From Verrucomicrobiota bacterium (lineage in GTDB: Bacteria > Verrucomicrobiota > Verrucomicrobiia > Limisphaerales > CANJXF01), in the NCBI GenBank assembly GCA_038214755.1, contig JBBQRQ010000035.1:1-45310 (forward strand): a DNA stretch of 45,310 nt, given 5' to 3'. The position numbers and the translations under genes are program-made. Below are positions 1 to 8,391 of this stretch, in pieces. Every line of letters begins with the position of its first letter. Position 1 is the first letter of the stretch. Under the pieces are notes generated by a model. It was not told where the DNA came from. It did no database searches and worked only from the letters and a program-made list of their open reading frames with translations.

Positions 1-276
1 GTGATAAATTGACTGAATTTGTTCCACTGAATCCAGGAGCCGCGGTGAAACCCGGGCTTCAATGTGCAAAGATTCTCCCGTGGCCATGGCGGGAGCCAAA
101 AGTGCGGCTAAAAATGTATCGCCGCTGTTCTTGTCGATAAATTTTCCCAGCTCTTTCGGAAATCGATACCAGAGGAGAAATGGAGCGTCATCCAATGCGT
201 CACTTCGAACGTGCGCTTGCAATTGACAGCATTCATTTCGTACACACAGCTCGATGTTTGAAACGGACATTTTCAT
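1..276 (-). CDS. Partial ORF running off the left edge; hypothetical protein of a type seen in polysaccharide clusters
   Basis: Not in the ORF track. Manual translation from ATG at 276 is open to base 1: MKMSVSNIEL...LWYRFP...GDTFLAALLAPAMATGESLHIEARVSPRLLDSVEQIQSIYH. Starts 29 nt after the upstream gene's stop, same strand. Confidence 0.7.
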   Translation of the reverse strand, partial: MKMSVSNIELCVRNECCQLQAHVRSDALDDAPFLLWYRFPKELGKFIDKNSGDTFLAALLAPAMATGESLHIEARVSPRLLDSVEQIQSIYH

Positions 277-305
277 CGCAGCTTCTCTAAAATCAAACGG
301 ACTTG

Positions 306-1532
306 CTAACGCTTATGATCCAAGGCGAATGCAATGAGATTACCATTTTCGCAAACGCACGAAAACCTCGACCGTAGATGCTGATGAAACCTCGAGTAAT
401 GCTCGAGCCACCAAAACGCCGGCCACGCGAATGCAATGAAAGAGGCTCCTTGTGCTCTGAGGCGCTCCAATTCCCGGATTCCAGCGTCATCATCTGATGG
501 CGGTCCCGAATAGTGACCTTTCTCCTCCACGAATGGAATCACGTGAATTCTTTTCAATTTCTCACACGTAAACTGATCTTCATTAACGAGGATGCATTTT
601 TTGCCGGACGGAACGATCGAGAGAAGCTCATCCGTGAACTGATGAACTTGATCTGCCCACTCATAGCCTTCCTCCCAAGCAGCCCTTGCGGAGTTCCGAC
701 GGCTGCGCGGTTTTGGTAAGGCGCTTTGGTTTGCTGTTTCTCCAACGCTGTTGTTAAAATCGGGCTGGGTGCGATGAACGGGAAAATCCCGGAGCGAGAA
801 TTCAACAATCGCGGGAACTTTGTGATAGTTGGATGCCCAATACTCAACTCGTTTGCCGAGGAGCGCGGCGGCAATCGTCACATGCGCACGGTCAGTGCGA
901 ATCAATTCGTTCCGTGCGATGGTCCAAAGCCATTCGTCCAGGCTCTCACAAGTGAGCGAGATGTCATTGTTGTTTGGTGGCTGCGATTTGAGGGTTGACT
1001 CGCGATCAGTCCGGTAAGCCACGAGCACGCCTCGTCCGTTGCGGCGGTAAGGCTGAAAGTTAAAATAAAAGGCGCAATCGTGAGCCAAGTCCGCATTGCA
1101 GAGATCGCGAATCTGGTGATACGAGTCCGGTTCACGAGCAAACACCAGAGCTTTGGACTGACCCAATGCTTCGCGCACGCTCTTCAGAGAAGCGTCGAAT
1201 GACGAAGGCAGAATAATGACACGGTCGAAATGCGCCTCGATCTGTTTCAAATATTCCGGCATCCGATGATAAGAAGCACACCAGCCGCCCGATCCGGAAA
1301 TCAGCGCGGTTTCACCTGTGACTCCTTTCATTGCTTCAATCCGCTGTTCTGAATAGGAGAGATGGGCCAGCAATTGACGAGTACCTGCGTAAATAAGCTC
1401 GTCGCCAAGATTACCTCCCGCGCGAATAAAAGTAATTTCGCGCGCTTGGCCGATGGCCTCGATCAGCTTTGCTCTGCTGCTTCCGATCGTCATACTGGAA
1501 CTGCTTTGGAATTCTCTCGCTTGGTTACTCAT
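306..1532 (-). CDS. Polysaccharide pyruvyl transferase-like protein with the shared C-terminal domain
   Basis: GNLGDELI, GSGGW, ARE, HDCAF and TDRAHVTIAAALLGK motifs typical of the PS pyruvyl-transferase/ExoV-like family. ATGA overlap with the upstream gene. Confidence 0.75.
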   Translation of the reverse strand: MSNQAREFQSSSSMTIGSSRAKLIEAIGQAREITFIRAGGNLGDELIYAGTRQLLAHLSYSEQRIEAMKGVTGETALISGSGGWCASYHRMPEYLKQIEAHFDRVIILPSSFDASLKSVREALGQSKALVFAREPDSYHQIRDLCNADLAHDCAFYFNFQPYRRNGRGVLVAYRTDRESTLKSQPPNNNDISLTCESLDEWLWTIARNELIRTDRAHVTIAAALLGKRVEYWASNYHKVPAIVEFSLRDFPVHRTQPDFNNSVGETANQSALPKPRSRRNSARAAWEEGYEWADQVHQFTDELLSIVPSGKKCILVNEDQFTCEKLKRIHVIPFVEEKGHYSGPPSDDDAGIRELERLRAQGASFIAFAWPAFWWLEHYSRFHQHLRSRFSCVCENGNLIAFALDHKR

Positions 1533-2548
1533 ACGCCTTTCTTAAAGAGGGTTCCTTCATCTGGCAAAGAGAATACAGCAATCCGTTCGTTCCTGAATAG
1601 GAACTGAAAGCGCGAGCGAAGGTGTTTGTGAAAATCAGCGTAGTAGTCCAGCCACCAAAACGCCATCCAAGCGAAAACAATATAGGTGGCACCGCGACCA
1701 CGCAGGCGCTCGACTTCGGCAATTGCCTCAGCGTCGTCGGCGGGCGGTCCCCAATATTCCCCATCGTGTTCCATAAATGGCAGTGGCTTGCCCGCGCGGG
1801 TCGATGCTTTTCCAAATCGCGCCTCATCCACCAGGATGAATATGTCTTCGGGTCGAATAATCTCCGCCAGTTCCCGCCAGGCGATTTCTATCTGTTCCAG
1901 TTCCTGCTTCAGGAAAGGCGCTCGAGCCGAATACTGATCCTTGAAACCAATATCGTCAGGATGCCATTGATGATAAAACCCTGGAACCTCTTCGCGCACG
2001 ACTTCGACTAATGAGGCCACTCGGGAAAAAAAATCATCGTCTTCTTTTCCCCAACGATCATATTCCGGCCATCCCCCCGATTCTAAAAACAGAACCGAGG
2101 TGAGCATGCATTGGCCGGACCCCGCGGAGAGCCATTTTCCGTCATTCTGGTCTGGACTCGCGAATGCATAGCACACAGGAAAATATGCTTTGCCCAGACG
2201 CAGGCATTCCAAGCCGCGCGTGAATAGTGCCTCGCAAACGAGCGCATCGGCGTCGATAAAGAAGAGGATGTCTCCGCCGGCGAACTTGGCCGCCTCGTTC
2301 AGCCCATGTCCTCTGGAAAATGGTCCGTTCAGAGTTAGAATTCGCACCGGCATCGGGCGCGCCGACTGAGGCAGCCATTGGGCGAGCGGCCAATCATCGG
2401 ACTGCCAGTCGGCAACGACTAGTTCACAGTCCGTACGGCCGCCCATTGCAGCCACGATTGACTGGACACAGTTTGGAAAGAGCCGCAGTTCGCGGCCATC
2501 CACCTGCACCCGGGACCGGTTCTTAATTGTTGTGCAGATCGAAATCAT
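1529..2548 (-). CDS. GT-A fold glycosyltransferase (GT2 / GT7C-like) with the shared C-terminal domain
   Basis: FSRGHGLN, FFIDAD (DxD), GGWPE..WGKEDDDF and HQWH motifs. Confidence 0.8.
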   Translation of the reverse strand: MISICTTIKNRSRVQVDGRELRLFPNCVQSIVAAMGGRTDCELVVADWQSDDWPLAQWLPQSARPMPVRILTLNGPFSRGHGLNEAAKFAGGDILFFIDADALVCEALFTRGLECLRLGKAYFPVCYAFASPDQNDGKWLSAGSGQCMLTSVLFLESGGWPEYDRWGKEDDDFFSRVASLVEVVREEVPGFYHQWHPDDIGFKDQYSARAPFLKQELEQIEIAWRELAEIIRPEDIFILVDEARFGKASTRAGKPLPFMEHDGEYWGPPADDAEAIAEVERLRGRGATYIVFAWMAFWWLDYYADFHKHLRSRFQFLFRNERIAVFSLPDEGTLFKKGV

Positions 2549-4905
2549 ATTGTGGTTGTTTTAATCTTCTCCGCTGCCGATTGGCAAAACCCGAACAGTA
2601 TCAGCCGTTCGTTTTCCAGCAGGCAGGCGTAGTTGGACCGGAGATACCTCTCAAAATCCACATAATGTTCAAGCCACCAAAATGATTTCCACCAGAAGGC
2701 GATGAAGTTTGCGCCCGTGCGGCGGAGCCGTTCCACTTCGGCAATGGCCTGGGTATCGTCGGCCGGCGGCCCGAAGTATTCTCCATCGCGTTCAAGAAAG
2801 GGAATCGCCCGCCGCTCCGGAACAGGTTCGCCCGAACCCCACTCATCATCATTCACCAGAATGTAACTGCTGCCCGCAGGAATCAGGGCCAGCAAATCTT
2901 CTTTGGCGGCGAGAACCCTTCGCGGCCAAACGCTGTTGAAGTTTCTCTGTTTCCAAAGCTCGGGCGACACCACAATGCCAAATTTAGCAAGATGCCTTTG
3001 CATGGCCGAACAACTCATTTCAAAGCGAGCCAAATACTCTCGAAGGCGACCATCCTCCAATGCCTTGCCGAAGTAATTATTGCGACCGTGAAATCTGTAG
3101 GTTCCCAGAGATTCGCGGGCGGTGCGGAGTTGGCCATAGATAGGCGTGAGTGAAATCAAGTATTCATCGGCGCCCAGCCGGTAGGGTGGCTCAGGCATCG
3201 GCAATACTTGTTCCAGAAAGGGACGCGAATAGGCGCAGCCGGTCGTGAAAAACCAGTCGTAGATGGGTCCGGCATGGAAAACTCGGTCCCGCAGATCACC
3301 GTCGGGAGGGGCCTGTTTGGTGCTTAATTCGCCCGTGAGCTGGCCCGCTTTATCGACGAAGGCCAAAGGCCACTGCACCTTGACCGTGTGAGGCTCTTTG
3401 AACATCTGGCAGGCTGTTTCCATCGCCGCCGGAAGGAGCGTGTCATCCGCATCAACAAAGCAAACAATCCGGCCGCGACTCACTCCAAACCCAGCGTTAT
3501 AAGCGGAAGCTTGCCCGCCATTGTCTTTTAAGACGGGGATGATGCTATCGCCAAAGCGGGCGATCACGTCTCGCGACTCATCGGTGGACCCGTCATCAAC
3601 GACAATAACTTCGAGGTGGGTGTAAGTCTGCCCCAGGGCACTGTCGATCGCCTCTTTCAGAAAACGGGCATAGTTGAAGTTGTTGATGATGACGCTCACC
3701 AGAGGAAGCTCAATTGAAGTTTGGAACGCGGCCGCGGTTGGAAAAGGCCAACGGTTCGATGTTACTTGCGCTGAAGGTTCGCGCGGTGTGCGTAAATCGT
3801 AAATGACGAGCCGTTCATTTTTCAGCGCGCACTTGAATTCTGAATCCAGGCGGCGACGAAACTCCGCATAATGATCCAGCCACCAAAACGCAGACCACGC
3901 GAAGGCGATGAAGCCGACACCAGCTCGTCGCTGGCGCTCCAGTTCCGCAATCGCCGCCGCGTCGTTTTCGGGCGCGCCCCAGAATTGTCCATTGCGTTCC
4001 AGAAAGGGCAGCGCGCGATGGCCGGGAAAAATTTCCTGCGCGCCCCAGGTGCTGTCATCCACCAAAAGAAATTGTTCGCCCTCCGGCACGAGCGCATTGA
4101 TTTCTTCGGCGGATTTTTGCAACCGGTGAAACCACGAGTTGCGCTTCCATGCCGCGACATCAATGTCGAAGCCTGCCTTCTTCAACACGCTGCTCAAGGC
4201 GGCGCATTGTTGCTCGTGCCCGGCGAGTTCGATCTGCAATTTTTCCGCGAACGGACGCCCGGAATAAATGTTTCGTCCGTGAATGCGATACGTTCCTTGC
4301 GCCGACTGAATGGCGCGCACGCGGCCAAAGACCGGCGCAAGCGTGTAGAGAAATTCATCAGCGCACGTTTTGTAATAGGTAACGTCTTCCGGCATCGGCA
4401 GCACTCTCTCCAAAAATTCGCTCGACCAGGCGTTCCCGCTCGTGGGCGAACTGCCGCAACTGGTCGGCCCACCGCGCAAAACGACATCTCGAAAATCGCC
4501 TTCGGGCAATTTTCCCGGCGGGAGCAAGCGGCCTTCGTCTATTCCCTGTTCGTTCACGACACGTAGCGGCCAGTGGACTTTCACAACACCCGGGGCATTG
4601 AAAAGCGCGATGGCGTTTTCCACTGCCAACGGAAAAAGCGCGTCGTCTGAATCCAGAAAAAACACCACGTCGCCACGACTCGCTGCGAAGCCCGCGTTGA
4701 AAGCGGACGCCTGTCCGCCATTGGCCTTGAGCACCGCGCGGACTCGTTCCCCGTAGCTCGCAATGATTTCACGCGAATCATCCGTCGAGCCGTCGTCCAC
4801 CACGATGACTTCGATGCGCGGATACGTTTGCGCCAGCGCGCTGTCAATCGTTTCACGCAGGAAGCGACCGTAGTTGTAATTGTCAATGATGATGCTCGCG
4901 AGCAT
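2545..4905 (-). CDS. Double GT2 glycosyltransferase, architecture GT2-X-GT2-X
   Basis: Two copies of SxIIxNxNYxRFL...VVDDGSTD...NGGQASAxNAGF...DxDD, each followed by the shared domain. Start placed at ATG 4905 (MLASIII), 4 nt after the deacetylase stop. Confidence 0.88.
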   Translation of the reverse strand: MLASIIIDNYNYGRFLRETIDSALAQTYPRIEVIVVDDGSTDDSREIIASYGERVRAVLKANGGQASAFNAGFAASRGDVVFFLDSDDALFPLAVENAIALFNAPGVVKVHWPLRVVNEQGIDEGRLLPPGKLPEGDFRDVVLRGGPTSCGSSPTSGNAWSSEFLERVLPMPEDVTYYKTCADEFLYTLAPVFGRVRAIQSAQGTYRIHGRNIYSGRPFAEKLQIELAGHEQQCAALSSVLKKAGFDIDVAAWKRNSWFHRLQKSAEEINALVPEGEQFLLVDDSTWGAQEIFPGHRALPFLERNGQFWGAPENDAAAIAELERQRRAGVGFIAFAWSAFWWLDHYAEFRRRLDSEFKCALKNERLVIYDLRTPREPSAQVTSNRWPFPTAAAFQTSIELPLVSVIINNFNYARFLKEAIDSALGQTYTHLEVIVVDDGSTDESRDVIARFGDSIIPVLKDNGGQASAYNAGFGVSRGRIVCFVDADDTLLPAAMETACQMFKEPHTVKVQWPLAFVDKAGQLTGELSTKQAPPDGDLRDRVFHAGPIYDWFFTTGCAYSRPFLEQVLPMPEPPYRLGADEYLISLTPIYGQLRTARESLGTYRFHGRNNYFGKALEDGRLREYLARFEMSCSAMQRHLAKFGIVVSPELWKQRNFNSVWPRRVLAAKEDLLALIPAGSSYILVNDDEWGSGEPVPERRAIPFLERDGEYFGPPADDTQAIAEVERLRRTGANFIAFWWKSFWWLEHYVDFERYLRSNYACLLENERLILFGFCQSAAEKIKTTTI

Positions 4906-4909
4906 GGCT

Positions 4910-5566
4910 TCAACTTTTTCCGATGTGCAATTCCGCAAAGACCTCGGCGTATTCGCCCTCCGGCCAGCAATGCATCTCACCGCGATACCGCGCCAATCCG
5001 CGAAACGCCTCGATGAAATCCACCACCGCGCATTGGCTTTTGTAAGTGAGAATCGCCGCGAGCTTCAACTGGATGTGCTCGGAAATGTCCTCGATATGAT
5101 CCATCCGCTGCAACGGCGTCCATACTTCGTAGCCGAGAATAGTTGGAGTCCAGGCTTTAGCGTGTTTTCCCCGGCGGACAGCCTGAAGGCTGGACTCCAA
5201 CAACCGCACCGCGCCGCGATGGTCGGGGTGCATTTCGCGGTCGTGCGTGACGTAAATTTTTCCAGGCCTGAAGGCTTTCAACTTCGCCTGCAACCGATTC
5301 ACAGCGGAGCGCGTTGGTTTAACTGCGCCGTCGGGCAAATGCCAGAATTCAATTTCCCGAACACCCAAGATTTTTGCCGCCGCACGTGATTCCTTTTCGC
5401 GAATGCGAATCGTCTCCGCTTCCGGGCGGCCGTGTCCGCCTTTCTCGCCCGAAGTTAAAAAAATCACTTGCACCGCATCTCCGGCAAGAACGTGCTTGCG
5501 CAACGTGCCGCCGCAGCCAACGGATTCGTCGTCGGGATGCGGGCTGATGACCAGGACACGTTTCAT
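4910..5566 (-). CDS. PIG-L/LmbE family N-acetylhexosamine deacetylase
   Basis: SPHPDDE, TSGE, LPDG, HPDH and YKSQ motifs. Start at ATG 5566 overlaps the GNAT stop (ATGA). Confidence 0.9.
   Translation of the reverse strand: MKRVLVISPHPDDESVGCGGTLRKHVLAGDAVQVIFLTSGEKGGHGRPEAETIRIREKESRAAAKILGVREIEFWHLPDGAVKPTRSAVNRLQAKLKAFRPGKIYVTHDREMHPDHRGAVRLLESSLQAVRRGKHAKAWTPTILGYEVWTPLQRMDHIEDISEHIQLKLAAILTYKSQCAVVDFIEAFRGLARYRGEMHCWPEGEYAEVFAELHIGKS
5142..5201. repeat. Palindromic REP-like element inside the deacetylase CDS
   Basis: GTTGGAGTCCAG(5142-5153)...CTGGACTCCAAC(5190-5201); 60 bp; frame preserved. Confidence 0.75.
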
Positions 5567-6597
5567 GGAACACTCTCTTCGGATTTTTTCGCCACGCATT
5601 TCGGCGGATACAATCCCCAGGTTCGCAGATGATTCACGTCCGTCGCGTAACGATATTTGTAAGCCTCGTCGCCGATGCCGAAATCGAAAACCTTCGCGCC
5701 CTCGGCCATCGCGGCCAAAAGCAATTGCCGCATGAGCACCTCCCCCGGCCAATGCCGCGACAATTCTATGTCGAAAGTGGGAATCGCATACAGATACCTG
5801 CCGTGGTAACAAAGCCCGAAGTGAAACGCAATCGACTTGCCGTTCCAGGAGACGCGCGTGAAACGCAGCCAGCCCGTGTGGGCGATGCGTTGCGTGAGGT
5901 GTTCGTAAAACGCGCGCTGTTCCGGTTTCAAAAAAATACTCGATTGCTCCGTGGTCGCGCGGCGGGCGACGTGTTGGGCGAAAAATTCCGCAAGCTGGGG
6001 CAAAATTTTCTCGCCGTCCTGAAAGTGTTGCACTTCGAGTGTGCCGGTCTTTTGAAAATGTCGCTCGTGTCGCACCAAACTTTTTTTGCGCGTCGCCGCG
6101 AGAGCCGCGTCCGGCTGTCCGGCGATGCCGAGAGCGGGCGCGGGCAGCGCACCTTCGTCGAAACACGTCAGCCCCAGTCGCGCCGCCGCGTCCCGCAATC
6201 GTTGGCCCGTGCGCGATTGGTCGCCGATAAAATAAAACTGAAAGCCACAAAAATCCGGCACCTGCGCGCGGGCTTCATTGAGCAGCGCGTCCAAAATTTC
6301 CGGGTCACCGATGTCGCCGACAAAATCCAGATAATCTTCGGGACAAAGATTGAAAATCATTCCGCCGGAGGTGAACAGCGGCGCGAGCGCCACGGTGCGA
6401 CCGTCCCGCTCGGCGACGATCAACAGCAACCGTCCGTGACCGAGCGTTTCCCACCATGTCCGCTGCACTTCTCGCGTCATGCAAATCGCATCCGTGTCGC
6501 CGAGCGGAAGCAATCGCGTCCATTCCTCCGCGCCGAACGAAGGGTCGTCGAAGCCCCTGAGCAGGCGCGTTTGGATTTTTGTCGCGGTGGCGTTCAT
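5563..6597 (-). CDS. CelD/BcsL-type GNAT acyltransferase (Acetyltransf_6-like)
   Basis: EWTRL, APL, DYLD, PGEVLMRQLL and FDFGIGDEAYKYRY motifs. Confidence 0.82.
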   Translation of the reverse strand: MNATATKIQTRLLRGFDDPSFGAEEWTRLLPLGDTDAICMTREVQRTWWETLGHGRLLLIVAERDGRTVALAPLFTSGGMIFNLCPEDYLDFVGDIGDPEILDALLNEARAQVPDFCGFQFYFIGDQSRTGQRLRDAAARLGLTCFDEGALPAPALGIAGQPDAALAATRKKSLVRHERHFQKTGTLEVQHFQDGEKILPQLAEFFAQHVARRATTEQSSIFLKPEQRAFYEHLTQRIAHTGWLRFTRVSWNGKSIAFHFGLCYHGRYLYAIPTFDIELSRHWPGEVLMRQLLLAAMAEGAKVFDFGIGDEAYKYRYATDVNHLRTWGLYPPKCVAKKSEESVP

Positions 6598-8391
6598 TTA
6601 TTTCACATTGCCAAATTGAAGGTCGTGCAGCCGCGTATAAAAACCGCCGGCGGCGAGCAGTTCCTGGTGCGTTCCCAACTCCACGATTCGTCCGGCATCC
6701 AGCACCGCGATGCGCGTGGCCTTGCGAATGGTCGAAAGCCGATGCGCGATGATGAACGTTGTGCGCCCGTCCATCAATCGTTCCAGCGCTTTCAACAAAA
6801 GCGTTTCTGTGTGCGCGTCGAGCGCAGAGGTTGGTTCGTCGAGAATCAACACCGGCGCATTTTTCAGGAGCGCGCGCGCGATGGCGAGTCGTTGTCGCTG
6901 GCCGCCGGACAACGTCGCGCCGCGTTCGCCAATGACGGTGTCGTAGCCGTCGGGAAGTTCGCGGATGAATTCGTCTGCACTCGCATCGGTCGCAGCGGCG
7001 ATGATTTCTTTGCGGCTCGCGTCGGCACGGCCGTAGGCAATGTTTTCCGCCACGCTCAACGGCAGAATGAACGGCTCTTGCAGCACGATGGAAATTTGCG
7101 CGCGCAGGCTGGCGATTTGCAGATCGCGTAAATCAACGCCGTCAAACGTCACGCGCCCTTCATGCGGATCGAACAGGCGCGGGATCAGCGACACGAGCGT
7201 GCTTTTGCCCGCGCCGGTCGCCCCGACGAGCGCGACGGTTTCGCCCGGATGCGCTTCGTGCGTGACGTTGTGCAGCACGGCTCGGTCGGGTTCGTAGCCG
7301 AACGTCACATTTTCCAAACGAATGTGGCCGGATTTTTTTCCGGGATGAACGGCCACAGCGAGTGCGTTCGGTTTTTCCAGAACCGTTTCGTCGGATTCCA
7401 AAACTTCCAGCACGCGGCGCGCGCCGGCCTTCGCGGACGCGAAACTCGTCGAGAGATACGCCAGCGTTTCCAAGGGGCCGTAGAGTGAAGCGGTGTAGCT
7501 GAGAAAGACCGTAAAACTCCCGACCGAAAGTTTGCCCTGCAAAACGTGCCAGCCGCCGATGGCAAAGATAATCGCCGTAGCAAGGGCCGTCACCGTTCCC
7601 GTGCCGACTTTGAATTGCAACTCTGACGCGAGCACGCGCAGGTAAGCCTTGTCCGCCTTGCGCCAGAGTTCGTCCAGGCGCTGGTCCTCGTATTCCTCGC
7701 GACCAAAAGCCTTCACCACGGGCAGCGCGGTCAGCGTTTGTTCCGCGCGCGACATCGTCGCGCCTTGCAATTCAAATTGCGCGTAGGTGCGTTCGGTCAT
7801 TGGCCCGGCGAAAAACCAAATGCAAAAGCCGAGCAACGGCGCGACGAGCAGCGCGACCGCCGCGAGAGAACCATCGAGCCGAGAGAGAATCACAATCATG
7901 CCCGCGAGCGTCGCGACGGACGTGAGCAATGGCAGCGCAACGTTCATGACCAATACGCGCACGCAATCGCAGTCAGTGGTCACGCGCTTGACGAGGTCGC
8001 CCGTGCTCTGGCGGTTATGGAAGCGCAGCGAGAGCCGTTGCAAATGGCGGAATAAATCCGAGCCGAGCGCATAAACCATCCGGCTGCCGGTGCTGACCTG
8101 CACATAGGATTGAATTGTGCGCGCAATCCAGCCGCCGAGAAACAGCACGACCGTCGCGACCGTGAGCCACGCGAGGAGCGCGAAACCGGAAGGCGCGCCG
8201 GGCAATGAATTCAGCCACGACAATTTTTCCGGCAGCGGCTCATTTTTCAAAACATTGTCGAGGATCAGCTTCATCGGCCACGGACGCAGAAGTCCGAACA
8301 ACACGTCCACGCCAATCAGCAACACGATGAGCGCAAGCCCGCGCCGTTGGCTGAGTCCGTAACGTCCGAGTCGCAGCCACCACGATTTCAT
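6598..8391 (-). CDS. ABC exporter, fused permease/ATPase (MsbA/NdvA-like half transporter)
   Basis: N-terminal TM helices; GATGAGKST, LSGGQRQR, ILDEPTSALD, IAHRLST. Confidence 0.95.
   Translation of the reverse strand: MKSWWLRLGRYGLSQRRGLALIVLLIGVDVLFGLLRPWPMKLILDNVLKNEPLPEKLSWLNSLPGAPSGFALLAWLTVATVVLFLGGWIARTIQSYVQVSTGSRMVYALGSDLFRHLQRLSLRFHNRQSTGDLVKRVTTDCDCVRVLVMNVALPLLTSVATLAGMIVILSRLDGSLAAVALLVAPLLGFCIWFFAGPMTERTYAQFELQGATMSRAEQTLTALPVVKAFGREEYEDQRLDELWRKADKAYLRVLASELQFKVGTGTVTALATAIIFAIGGWHVLQGKLSVGSFTVFLSYTASLYGPLETLAYLSTSFASAKAGARRVLEVLESDETVLEKPNALAVAVHPGKKSGHIRLENVTFGYEPDRAVLHNVTHEAHPGETVALVGATGAGKSTLVSLIPRLFDPHEGRVTFDGVDLRDLQIASLRAQISIVLQEPFILPLSVAENIAYGRADASRKEIIAAATDASADEFIRELPDGYDTVIGERGATLSGGQRQRLAIARALLKNAPVLILDEPTSALDAHTETLLLKALERLMDGRTTFIIAHRLSTIRKATRIAVLDAGRIVELGTHQELLAAGGFYTRLHDLQFGNVK

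Noticed and set aside
5567..6250. N-terminal ~227 aa of the 446-aa ORF 4910..6250
   Set aside because: An alternative frame over the GNAT gene with Arg/Ala-rich, non-protein-like composition; the deacetylase homology starts at ATG 5566.
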